Source: a virus
Lineage: Duplodnaviria; Caudoviricetes
DNA: 64,000 nt
Reading direction: 5' to 3' (one strand)
IMG/VR virus record: IMGVR_UViG_3300020576_002312
Span: 14,187-78,186 of that record
Shown: positions 1-6,591 of the stretch, piece by piece
Position numbering within the stretch: the stretch's first letter is position 1
Layout: the number at the start of each line of letters is the position of its first letter
Notes under the pieces: generated by a model
The model's database searches: none
The model's input: the letters and a program-made list of their open reading frames with translations, nothing else
What the model was told of the DNA's origin: nothing
Position numbers and translations under genes: made by a program

Positions 1-494
1 CTCATTAATGAACCAAGTCCAATGAGAATGGTGATAATAAATGGTAAGTCATCAAGGTTTTCGTCAGCCGAACTTGTAGGAATATCACTCATTTTTTGGT
101 CGGGAGTAACAAATACCTTATCTCTGTTTACGTGCCTTCTATTTATGTCCGAGAAGGATATTCTCGTGGCTTTAAGTTCCAAACCATAGTCTTTCCCCGA
201 ACCATCCCTCTTAGCGTACTCGTGACCATCCAATTTAAAGTCAATGGTTATCTCGTCTTTAATCTCAAACTCCGCAGGGTCAAATCCTTTCGGGAGAAGA
301 AACTTAACCAAGTTGTACTTTATGGTTGATCTTTCCTTACCTGTTTTGTCATCGTTCCAACGTGTAGGGGTAGGAATATCAAGTATGTAGTATAAAAAAC
401 TTCCGCTTGTTCCTTTGGCCTCACTTGTCCATTTACGGATAGGCTTATCGTAAAGTGTCCCTGAAATAGTAAATTCATTAACTCTCTCTGCCAT
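1..494 (-). CDS. SSB-like OB-fold protein (3' end runs off the window; not in the ORF track)
   Basis: Open frame from ATG at 494 (MAERVNEFTISGTLYDKPIRKW...) to the window edge; beta-rich body followed by acidic ENLDDLPF, typical of SSB tails. Confidence 0.7.
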   Translation of the reverse strand, partial: MAERVNEFTISGTLYDKPIRKWTSEAKGTSGSFLYYILDIPTPTRWNDDKTGKERSTIKYNLVKFLLPKGFDPAEFEIKDEITIDFKLDGHEYAKRDGSGKDYGLELKATRISFSDINRRHVNRDKVFVTPDQKMSDIPTSSADENLDDLPFIITILIGLGSLM

Positions 495-711
495 CGTTAT
501 CTATGTTTTGTTTATTTGATTCTATGATTAAATTGTCCGCTACCTTAAGAAAAGTTTGCTCGGTAAAGTGCTTATCTCCTGTCTTTTCAAGGAGTTCAAA
601 TGCCATCTTATTTTGATCTTTTACTACGTCTAAATATAGCAGTACCGCTAAGTGTTTTCTATCACACTTGGATTCTCTGAGTAAATAGCGGTGGTATGCT
701 GTTAATTCCAT
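478..711 (-). CDS. hypothetical protein, probably leaderless
   Basis: 77-aa ORF; TATATTTG box ends 4 nt before the ATG. Confidence 0.65.
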   Translation of the reverse strand: MELTAYHRYLLRESKCDRKHLAVLLYLDVVKDQNKMAFELLEKTGDKHFTEQTFLKVADNLIIESNKQNIDNDGRES

Positions 712-715
712 TTAG

Positions 716-723
716 CAAATATA
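716..723 (-). promoter_or_regulatory. Bacteroidota -7 promoter box
   Basis: TATATTTG matches TAnnTTTG. Confidence 0.7.
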
Positions 724-774
724 AATAACTATTATCACTTATGCAAACTTTTTCCTGTAAAAATAAAAACTTTA

Positions 775-1131
775 TTATTTTTTCCCATTAGTATTAAGCC
801 TAGGTTTTAAATAACGAATAAGCTCTTTTTCAAGAGAAACATAATTATCTGTTAAGTAATAAACAAAAGTAAAGGATATATCATTATTTCTATGTGCAAA
901 AATATACTTAGTTAGCTTATGCTTGGTTACATATATTCTATGCGCAATATTTTTAGATGACCCAACATAAATAACTGAAGCAACTTCTTTTATTTGGTCA
1001 ATTTCAATACAAAAATAAACTCCGCTTTCATTGGGTAATCCTAATCCTGCACTTGAATCCAATTTAATATTAAATTTATTTTGAATATCAGGATAGAATT
1101 GTTTATAAAAATCTCTTAAAAATATTAGCAT
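775..1131 (-). CDS. GIY-YIG nuclease (putative free-standing homing endonuclease)
   Basis: GVY...IYVGSSKNIAHRI motif; E(K)ELIRYLKPRLN at the C-terminus. Confidence 0.75.
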   Translation of the reverse strand: MLIFLRDFYKQFYPDIQNKFNIKLDSSAGLGLPNESGVYFCIEIDQIKEVASVIYVGSSKNIAHRIYVTKHKLTKYIFAHRNNDISFTFVYYLTDNYVSLEKELIRYLKPRLNTNGKK

Positions 1132-1137
1132 GTGTTT

Positions 1138-1635
1138 TTAGTTTTGTTGTTCATCGAGATACACATCATCAAAGTTATCCTTATCCTTATCTTGATAATT
1201 ATCCTTATCTTTTTCTAGGACTTTATCTTTATCCTTATCTTTATCTTTATCTTTAGGGTCTTCCAAGGGGCTATCAAGGGGCTTATATAGGGTCTTCCAA
1301 AGGTTATGTTTTTTTAACAGTTTAACATACGAAAGTCCCGCCTTATCAGCAGTATGTTCGCTAAGACCTCCATATTGAAAATCACAAAAGTCCGTTACCC
1401 ATAGTTTTACAGGAGAAATTCTTTGTACTCTTGATTCTAGTTTTTGAATAATAGAGTCAGAATCAAGGGTGACTCTCATTACAAAAGAAGCTAATTCCCA
1501 GTCTTCTTCCCAAACACCCACATTATCACAAGTGCCAATGAGATAAAACCAAAATAACTTTGTAGTTGGGTCTAATTCTCTAAACCATTTGTTCTGTGTC
1601 CAAATCTCTGATTTGAAATACCTTTTACCTGCCAT
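1138..1635 (-). CDS. phage replication initiator-like protein
   Basis: N-terminal W..KWFRELDPTTKLFWFYL..CDNVG.W motif typical of phage replisome organisers; low-complexity DKDKDK tail; internal iteron-like repeats. Confidence 0.65.
   Translation of the reverse strand: MAGKRYFKSEIWTQNKWFRELDPTTKLFWFYLIGTCDNVGVWEEDWELASFVMRVTLDSDSIIQKLESRVQRISPVKLWVTDFCDFQYGGLSEHTADKAGLSYVKLLKKHNLWKTLYKPLDSPLEDPKDKDKDKDKDKVLEKDKDNYQDKDKDNFDDVYLDEQQN
1255..1299. repeat. four ~11-bp iteron-like direct repeats inside the initiator gene
   Basis: AGGGTCTTCCA, AGGGGCTATCA, AGGGGCTTATAT, AGGGTCTTCCA. Confidence 0.6.
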
Positions 1636-1789
1636 TTGTAGCTCTTTATTAAATTATAACCCCCACAAAATAAGAAATCCACTAAGGAGAGAGCTACCAG
1701 ACCTTTTGTGGAATTTATTACCTGTGGGGGCGTTTAGTGTTAATTCTGTTTGATTTGCCATGTGTAGCTCTTTACTTAATGCAAATATA
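1631..1789 (-). promoter_or_regulatory. promoter plus structured leader with a duplicated start context and a 35-aa uORF
   Basis: TATATTTG 1782-1789; TAAAGAGCTACA(C/A)ATGGC at 1757-1774 and 1631-1648; complementary GTAGCTCTCT (1688-1697) in the loop of the CCCCCACA/TGTGGGGG hairpin; uORF 1761-1654. Confidence 0.7.
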
Positions 1790-1854
1790 CGTAAAATTTA
1801 TTTAATCAATTTTGAAAGGCAAATATAGAATAAGAAAACAACAATTCCAAATAT

Positions 1855-1882
1855 TGCATGAGTTTTCTGAAAATTTCATGCA
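1855..1882. promoter_or_regulatory. imperfect palindrome between divergent promoters (operator-like)
   Basis: TGCATGA-GTTTTC-T-GAAAAT-T-TCATGCA. Confidence 0.4.
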
Positions 1883-1940
1883 GGGGAAAGTTTAAATCAT
1901 CTTTTCAAGGAAAATATTTGCGTATTAATTTTATTAGTTT

Positions 1941-1948
1941 TATCTTTG
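1941..1948 (+). promoter_or_regulatory. Bacteroidota -7 promoter box of the RNA cluster
   Basis: TATCTTTG. Confidence 0.75.
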
Positions 1949-1961
1949 TATTTCAAACAAG

Positions 1962-1972
1962 AGTTCATTGAA
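1962..1972 (+). promoter_or_regulatory. boxA-like element 1
   Basis: AGTTCATTGAA, repeated exactly at 2187-2197; resembles rRNA/tRNA-leader boxA (GTTCTTTGA). Confidence 0.5.
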
Positions 1973-1981
1973 TAAAAATAC

Positions 1982-2185
1982 TGCGTAGATAGCGAGGTGT
2001 ATGTGGAATAAAACCCCATCCCTCGTTACGCTACGAAGATACAGCAACTGATGATGGTATCCTTGGGTAATTGCAATATCCCTTGTGAAGTCGGGTTGCG
2101 GAAGAGGTTTGTCTTGGTGTACCTTTCCTGATCGCTGTGCACCCTTGGTTTGCCGAGGTTGATAGGGATAAAACGCTGAGGACGG
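1982..2185 (+). ncRNA. unidentified structured RNA
   Basis: GC-richer tract with no credible ORF; stems TAGCGAGG/CCTCGTTA, GCAAC/GTTGC, GGTGTAC/GTGCACC, CCTTGG/CCGAGG, long-range TATCCCT/AGGGATA. Confidence 0.55.
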
Positions 2186-2186
2186 A

Positions 2187-2197
2187 AGTTCATTGAA
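2187..2197 (+). promoter_or_regulatory. boxA-like element 2
   Basis: AGTTCATTGAA, ending 10 nt before the tRNA. Confidence 0.5.
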
Positions 2198-2206
2198 ACA
2201 AAGATA

Positions 2207-2280
2207 TGCGCAGTAGAGAAGTGGTTATCTCGCAAGGCTCATAACCTTGAAATCGTAGGTTCGACTCCTACCTGTCGCTA
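2207..2280 (+). tRNA. tRNA with CAT anticodon, initiator (fMet)-like; CCA not encoded
   Basis: D arm GAGA/TCTC with A11-U24; anticodon arm CAAGG-CTCATAA-CCTTG; T arm GTAGG-TTCGACT-CCTAC; 1:72 mismatch; one extra nt in the acceptor 3' strand. Confidence 0.85.
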
Positions 2281-2282
2281 CA

Positions 2283-2392
2283 AGGCCGTGATGGCTACGC
2301 AGACAATAGGTCTGCACAAGGGGGCATGGTTACGATAGCAAAGAAGTATAACGAAAGTATAACCATTCAGCTTGAGAACCTAAACCCCCTAA
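2283..2392 (+). ncRNA. structured tRNA trailer
   Basis: GCAGAC/GTCTGC, ATGGTTA/TAACCAT and GGGGG/CCCCC stems. Confidence 0.4.
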
Positions 2393-2393
2393 C

Positions 2394-2585
2394 GTGAGAA
2401 TACTTAACACAACATATAGAACAATGACTATGATTAGAGTACAAAACCGAGTAGCGGTAATCATCAAAAATATGGGGGTAGCATGGACGCTTAAATTTCT
2501 TGATAATAAAGAGATCGTTAAGTGCTTTTACCACGGAGAAGAAGAATGGGAAATATTTATACCTGAAAAACAATATAACGCATGA
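2394..2585 (+). CDS. hypothetical protein (real start may be an internal ATG)
   Basis: 63-aa ORF overlapping the next gene by ATGA. Confidence 0.55.
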   Translation: MRILNTTYRTMTMIRVQNRVAVIIKNMGVAWTLKFLDNKEIVKCFYHGEEEWEIFIPEKQYNA

Positions 2586-2782
2586 TAAAAATAGAGCAAA
2601 GCCACGAAAGTACTTCTTACTGGAAACAAGACGGACTATACGACAAGAAAACAAAAGACACACGTAAATTTAAACTCTTTGGTCTTACACTTTGGTCAAG
2701 CAGTTATGATTTTGACTGCGACCTTGTAAAAGAGAAAGACATAGAGGGTGGAACAAAAGTAGGGTTTCAATCAACTAAATAA
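2582..2782 (+). CDS. hypothetical protein
   Basis: 66-aa ORF, translationally coupled to the previous ORF. Confidence 0.65.
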   Translation: MIKIEQSHESTSYWKQDGLYDKKTKDTRKFKLFGLTLWSSSYDFDCDLVKEKDIEGGTKVGFQSTK

Positions 2783-2784
2783 GA

Positions 2785-2960
2785 TATTTTTCATTTCGAG
2801 TAGTTGTATGGAGATGGGTCTCCATGCGGGACGTAGCGAGTTGTTTTTAGAGATTTTTACAACTCTTAAAAGTTCATAGACGCACACTGCTTTCTATACG
2901 TCTAAGTAGTGAAATATGTGGCACTCCTACTAAAAAGAGAATCCGAGAGGGTAAACACAT
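2785..2960 (+). ncRNA. multi-hairpin non-coding tract
   Basis: GTATGGAGA/TCTCCATGC, GAGTTGT/ACAACTC, TAGACG/CGTCTA, ATCC-GAGA-GGGT (GNRA loop). Confidence 0.45.
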
Positions 2961-2979
2961 GACAGCAAATCGAAACAAC

Positions 2980-3010
2980 AAAAAAGCCCCTTAATCGGGG
3001 CTTTCCTTTT
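2980..3010. terminator. bidirectional intrinsic terminator
   Basis: AAAGCCCC-ttaatc-GGGGCTTT with A and T runs, between convergent units. Confidence 0.8.
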
Positions 3011-3927
3011 TATCTCGCAGCAGGCATCATAATTCCCGACTTACATTTCAGGGGTGTATCAACCTTACGGGATCTACATATTGAACCACAATCTTTGCAC
3101 CGGAAAGCTAAATATCTATTCACGGACGTAGAGTAATGTCCACACTCATCAATATTAGTTGAACCACAAGTAGGACACGTAGGCTCGATAGACTCCTGGT
3201 ATATCGCCATATTAGGATGAGATACGATGAAAGGGCGAACCTCGCAATAGTAATCTTCAAGGATAACTACATCAACCTTATTGTATTTCTGCATATAGAG
3301 AAGGGACTTACTATCTCCGTTCATACACTTAATCCATAGGTCAAAGTCTGTCTTTAATTTACCATTACCACTTGTAAGGGATGCGAGGTAGTCTAGTTTG
3401 TTTGATGCGTTTCTGAATCGTTTACGTGCAACCTCGTAGGTATCTATAACCTGATAAGGACTAGGCGGTGCTATCTTATTTCTTACGCACCGAGTATTGA
3501 AATAAGGAATATCAAATTTTTTCCCATTATGTGCGATTATCACATCGGCGGAGTTAATCCAATGCCAGAGACTTTGTATGATACGCTTATCGTCTTTGTT
3601 GATTGCCTCTTCAGGGGTAAGCACATCAGTCATTATCTTAGAGTCGAATAACCACTTAGCACTCCAACAAAGGAGAAATGATTCACCCTGTAAGGCATTG
3701 TGAGGCACAAACTGTTTGTTAGTTCCCCATACAAAAGCGGGGATAGGACTTGTCTCTAGGTCAAATAGTAAGACCTTGGGTTGTTTCGTTTCCCAGAACT
3801 TTCTCTTCCTTTCGTATCGTCTTAATGTTTCGGCAGTAATGCCATAGTGTGCGAGTGTTTCAGTCTCACCATTCTCATTAAGGTAGGTGAGTACCTGTTC
3901 TACGTGTGCTATTGTAGCATTACTCAT
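3010..3927 (-). CDS. RNase H-like (DEDD/DnaQ-type) exonuclease with C-terminal zinc ribbon
   Basis: LLFDLET, IIAHNGKKFD, YNKVDV; CPTC...CKDC. Confidence 0.8.
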   Translation of the reverse strand: MSNATIAHVEQVLTYLNENGETETLAHYGITAETLRRYERKRKFWETKQPKVLLFDLETSPIPAFVWGTNKQFVPHNALQGESFLLCWSAKWLFDSKIMTDVLTPEEAINKDDKRIIQSLWHWINSADVIIAHNGKKFDIPYFNTRCVRNKIAPPSPYQVIDTYEVARKRFRNASNKLDYLASLTSGNGKLKTDFDLWIKCMNGDSKSLLYMQKYNKVDVVILEDYYCEVRPFIVSHPNMAIYQESIEPTCPTCGSTNIDECGHYSTSVNRYLAFRCKDCGSICRSRKVDTPLKCKSGIMMPAAR

Positions 3928-4364
3928 TATTTACTTGTTTGGTTAGTATTACTGCGTTTACGTTGTTGTTCTTTTTGCCAAGCATCGAAAGTAGTTACTG
4001 AACCGTCTTTACATGCTACAAGATCGTCAAGATAAGTAACCCATAGATTGAACTCATCATTTAGGTTCTTCTCTTTCTTCTTCTTCCACCAAGAGAAGTC
4101 CTCTCCCCTGCGTACCCATGCTCGTTCATAGATTACACTTGCAAATTCCGTGAGAGTATTGACATAAATCTCTTTTGTAGGATTCTGTCTATGTAAGACA
4201 TCCGCAACTGAGTATATATATGCGGTAGGTAGTTTATATTCTCTATTTTCTCTCCTGCGAGTGAAACATTTATTGACAGCCCTCACAAAGCTATCCTTGC
4301 TCTTTTTTCCCATATCTAATTGATTTAGTTGCACAAATGTAATAAAGATATATGAGATAACCAA
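3927..4364 (-). CDS. hypothetical protein (likely start MGKKSK)
   Basis: 145-aa ORF; TACATTTG box at 4334-4341. Confidence 0.65.
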   Translation of the reverse strand: MVISYIFITFVQLNQLDMGKKSKDSFVRAVNKCFTRRRENREYKLPTAYIYSVADVLHRQNPTKEIYVNTLTEFASVIYERAWVRRGEDFSWWKKKKEKNLNDEFNLWVTYLDDLVACKDGSVTTFDAWQKEQQRKRSNTNQTSK

Positions 4365-4384
4365 AGAAAGATAAAACTATTTTG

Positions 4385-4447
4385 TGAAAAACATTTACTT
4401 CTTATGAAAATAATTTAAAATATATTTGTTTATATGAAAAACGTTTA
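4385..4447. repeat. three operator-like direct repeats between divergent promoters
   Basis: TGAAAAACATTTA, TGAAAATAATTTA, TGAAAAACGTTTA. Confidence 0.5.
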
Positions 4448-4448
4448 A

Positions 4449-4456
4449 TATCTTTG
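4449..4456 (+). promoter_or_regulatory. -7 promoter box at the start of the + strand block
   Basis: TATCTTTG. Confidence 0.7.
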
Positions 4457-4804
4457 TTACGTAAAACTATATTCATGGAAGAAAATATATCGGTAGTCAC
4501 AGTAGAGATGGATGCGTGGGAGTGGTTCTGTGCTGTAATCCAAAAAGGTAATAAGATACTTGAAAAGGTTAAAGACCACAAATCATTAACAGAGGAAGAC
4601 TATGCGTGGCTTAAACTTTTTTACCGAGCATGGGATAACGGAGAGATACCGTTATATCGTCAGCAAATGGAAGGGAAAACTGACAATTCGACACAAACTG
4701 ATATTTTTGGTCAACTTTTAACAGACGAAACTACCGAAGATGGTGACGGCACGGATATTGACAATACTGTTCTTGAACCAATAAATGAACAGAAAAATGA
4801 GTAG
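4454..4804 (+). CDS. hypothetical protein (likely start MEENI)
   Basis: 116-aa ORF with an acidic tail. Confidence 0.65.
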   Translation: MLRKTIFMEENISVVTVEMDAWEWFCAVIQKGNKILEKVKDHKSLTEEDYAWLKLFYRAWDNGEIPLYRQQMEGKTDNSTQTDIFGQLLTDETTEDGDGTDIDNTVLEPINEQKNE

Positions 4805-5087
4805 AAGATTTTACGTAGGCGAGACATCATCCATGATAAACGACATGTTTTATGGCCTTGATGTGTTATCATCAACATTCCCATTCTCCTTTAAAGGACA
4901 GGTAGTATCCTCCGAGGATTATGATCTTGTGCCTAAAAAATCATACATTGAGAAGCAGTTAAAAGAGAAAGAACAGGCATTACAAGAGTTCAAAGAAAGA
5001 CAGAAGAACCATAAGCGTTGGGCAGACGAGCAGGAGAAAGCACTTGGGATTGAGATAGACCAACTAAAGCAAAAACTTACTCCTTAA
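4785..5087 (+). CDS. coiled-coil hypothetical protein
   Basis: 100-aa ORF with K/E/Q-rich heptads. Confidence 0.65.
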   Translation: MNRKMSRRFYVGETSSMINDMFYGLDVLSSTFPFSFKGQVVSSEDYDLVPKKSYIEKQLKEKEQALQEFKERQKNHKRWADEQEKALGIEIDQLKQKLTP

Positions 5088-5139
5088 AGGAAACAAGGGA
5101 TTCGAGAGCAGAAAGTGACGAAAGGGAAACGTGTGAGCA

Positions 5140-5174
5140 AAGAGAGGTGGAATACAATCTTCCTCTCTTTTTTT
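5140..5174 (+). terminator. intrinsic terminator
   Basis: AGAGAGG/CCTCTCT plus T run. Confidence 0.75.
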
Positions 5175-5264
5175 ATGTCTAAGTTCAAGTTAAAAATAAT
5201 GCGTAACTTCGCAGTCTAAAGTAATTTCATTTTTTTATTTATAAACTTAATACAATAAGTAAAG

Positions 5265-5744
5265 ATGCTCCTTAAGGCAGTAAGCAAAGTTTGGACTGGG
5301 GCGCACAACGAAAAGTTGCGCATAACAGATTCAACAAATGGAACGACATTCCTATTTAACGGAAGTCACATCAATGGTTTAATAGTAAGAGCAAGCACCA
5401 AGTCCTCGTTTATGTATCAGGATAACGTGCATGACTTCAGGGCAAAATGCTCATATGTGGAAACTGAGTCAACTAAAGCTGCTGTTAAAGCTGCTGCTGA
5501 TTTGACTTTCCAATCTACATTTGTAGCCCTACTCGTATATCCGAACAACGACAGTACAGCAACTCCGGTATCAACAGAAATCAACTGCGAAAGCATTGCC
5601 TATGTTTACAAGGATGCTACTGCCCCTGCAACTAAGTCGTGGGTAGTTTACTACGAAGGTTCAAAACGTAGAGAGGTAAAAGTCGCTTACAGTATCAATC
5701 AGATATTGTCATTAGCTGATGATTCAAATTTGACCACGGTGTAA
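5265..5744 (+). CDS. putative virion/capsid accessory protein
   Basis: Ala/Thr/Ser-rich, beta-type composition; own transcription unit. Confidence 0.45.
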   Translation: MLLKAVSKVWTGAHNEKLRITDSTNGTTFLFNGSHINGLIVRASTKSSFMYQDNVHDFRAKCSYVETESTKAAVKAAADLTFQSTFVALLVYPNNDSTATPVSTEINCESIAYVYKDATAPATKSWVVYYEGSKRREVKVAYSINQILSLADDSNLTTV

Positions 5745-5781
5745 ACTCATTGATTTACAGTTAGTTAGTCTTTCATCATTA

Positions 5782-5816
5782 AATTCCGTTATCTCTTGTT
5801 GATGACGGAATTTTTT
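5782..5816 (+). terminator. intrinsic terminator
   Basis: AATTCCGT/ACGGAATT plus T run. Confidence 0.7.
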
Positions 5817-5850
5817 ATTATATTTGCATACTAACTAAAATTAAAAGAAG

Positions 5851-6528
5851 ATGAAAGATTATGCAGGTGTTCAAGTAAAGGGCAGTAAATATATTGTCCA
5901 GTTTAGAGTTAAAAATAAGTGTGTTTGTGGAGGAACTTACAATACTCCCGAAGAAGCTCACGCTGTTTATCTAAAGATGACAGAAGACCGAAATAAAGAG
6001 TATATTCGTCCTGTAGATTTTATAGAGGGCGAAGAGTGGAGAGAGGTGGCGGGATATGATGGTCGTTATTGGGTAAGCAATCTTGGACGTATAAAAAACA
6101 TGAATCAGCGTCATACTGGGTTAGAATCACTAATGCCTCCACATCGGAATAAAGATGGATATTATACAATTCATCTTAGACCCAAAAACCATAAGTTAGC
6201 TGTTTTAATTTGGGTTACTTTTAATGGAGAATATGACAGGAAAAAAAATCAGGTTAATCATAAAGATTTAGATAAGTCTAATAACCGATTAGATAATCTT
6301 GAATGTATTTATGTTCGAGAGAACCAATGCCATTCACAGCAAAAGATACACAATAAGACAATGATGGGTTGTTACTTTGACAATAATAAAAGGAAATGGA
6401 TTGCTTTAATTTCTGAAGGGGGAAAGCAACGGTATTTAGGGGCATTTTCAACACAAGAGGAGGGTCATGATCGTTACTTACAGGAGGTTGAGAAGATTGG
6501 AGAAACTAATAAGTACTCATTCAAATAA
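5851..6528 (+). CDS. NUMOD4-HNH homing endonuclease with AP2-like flanking domains
   Basis: EEWREVAGYDGRYWVSNLGRIK (NUMOD4); VNHKDLDKSNNRLDNLE (HNH); own TATATTTG box at 5819-5826. Confidence 0.85.
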   Translation: MKDYAGVQVKGSKYIVQFRVKNKCVCGGTYNTPEEAHAVYLKMTEDRNKEYIRPVDFIEGEEWREVAGYDGRYWVSNLGRIKNMNQRHTGLESLMPPHRNKDGYYTIHLRPKNHKLAVLIWVTFNGEYDRKKNQVNHKDLDKSNNRLDNLECIYVRENQCHSQQKIHNKTMMGCYFDNNKRKWIALISEGGKQRYLGAFSTQEEGHDRYLQEVEKIGETNKYSFK

Positions 6529-6560
6529 TCGGCAGCAGACTCAATTTAGTGCCAATAATT

Positions 6561-6590
6561 TGTCACGTTTTTGACCGTAAAAACGTGACA
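6561..6590. terminator. perfect 12-bp hairpin between two endonuclease genes
   Basis: TGTCACGTTTTT-gaccgt-AAAAACGTGACA. Confidence 0.55.
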
Positions 6591-6591
6591 T

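Noticed and set aside
96-329. 77-aa + strand ORF
   Set aside because: Antisense shadow of the SSB-like gene on the - strand.
2047-2200. Hammerhead ribozyme (CTGATGA at 2048, CTGAGGA...GAAAC at 2176-2199)
   Set aside because: Stem II and stem III/UH geometry cannot be built around either core.
2026-2235. 69-aa - strand ORF
   Set aside because: Overlaps the tRNA and structured RNA; no start signals.
2281-2345. Theta (HDV-like) ribozyme after the tRNA
   Set aside because: No P3/L3 (UCCnCG-like) element followed directly by the P1 3' strand.
2824-2840. tRNA-like 5' end TGCGGGACGTAGC
   Set aside because: No anticodon or T arm follows.
2966-2993. tmRNA-like tag ANRNNKKAP*
   Set aside because: No tRNA-like domain; the segment is the stem of a bidirectional terminator.
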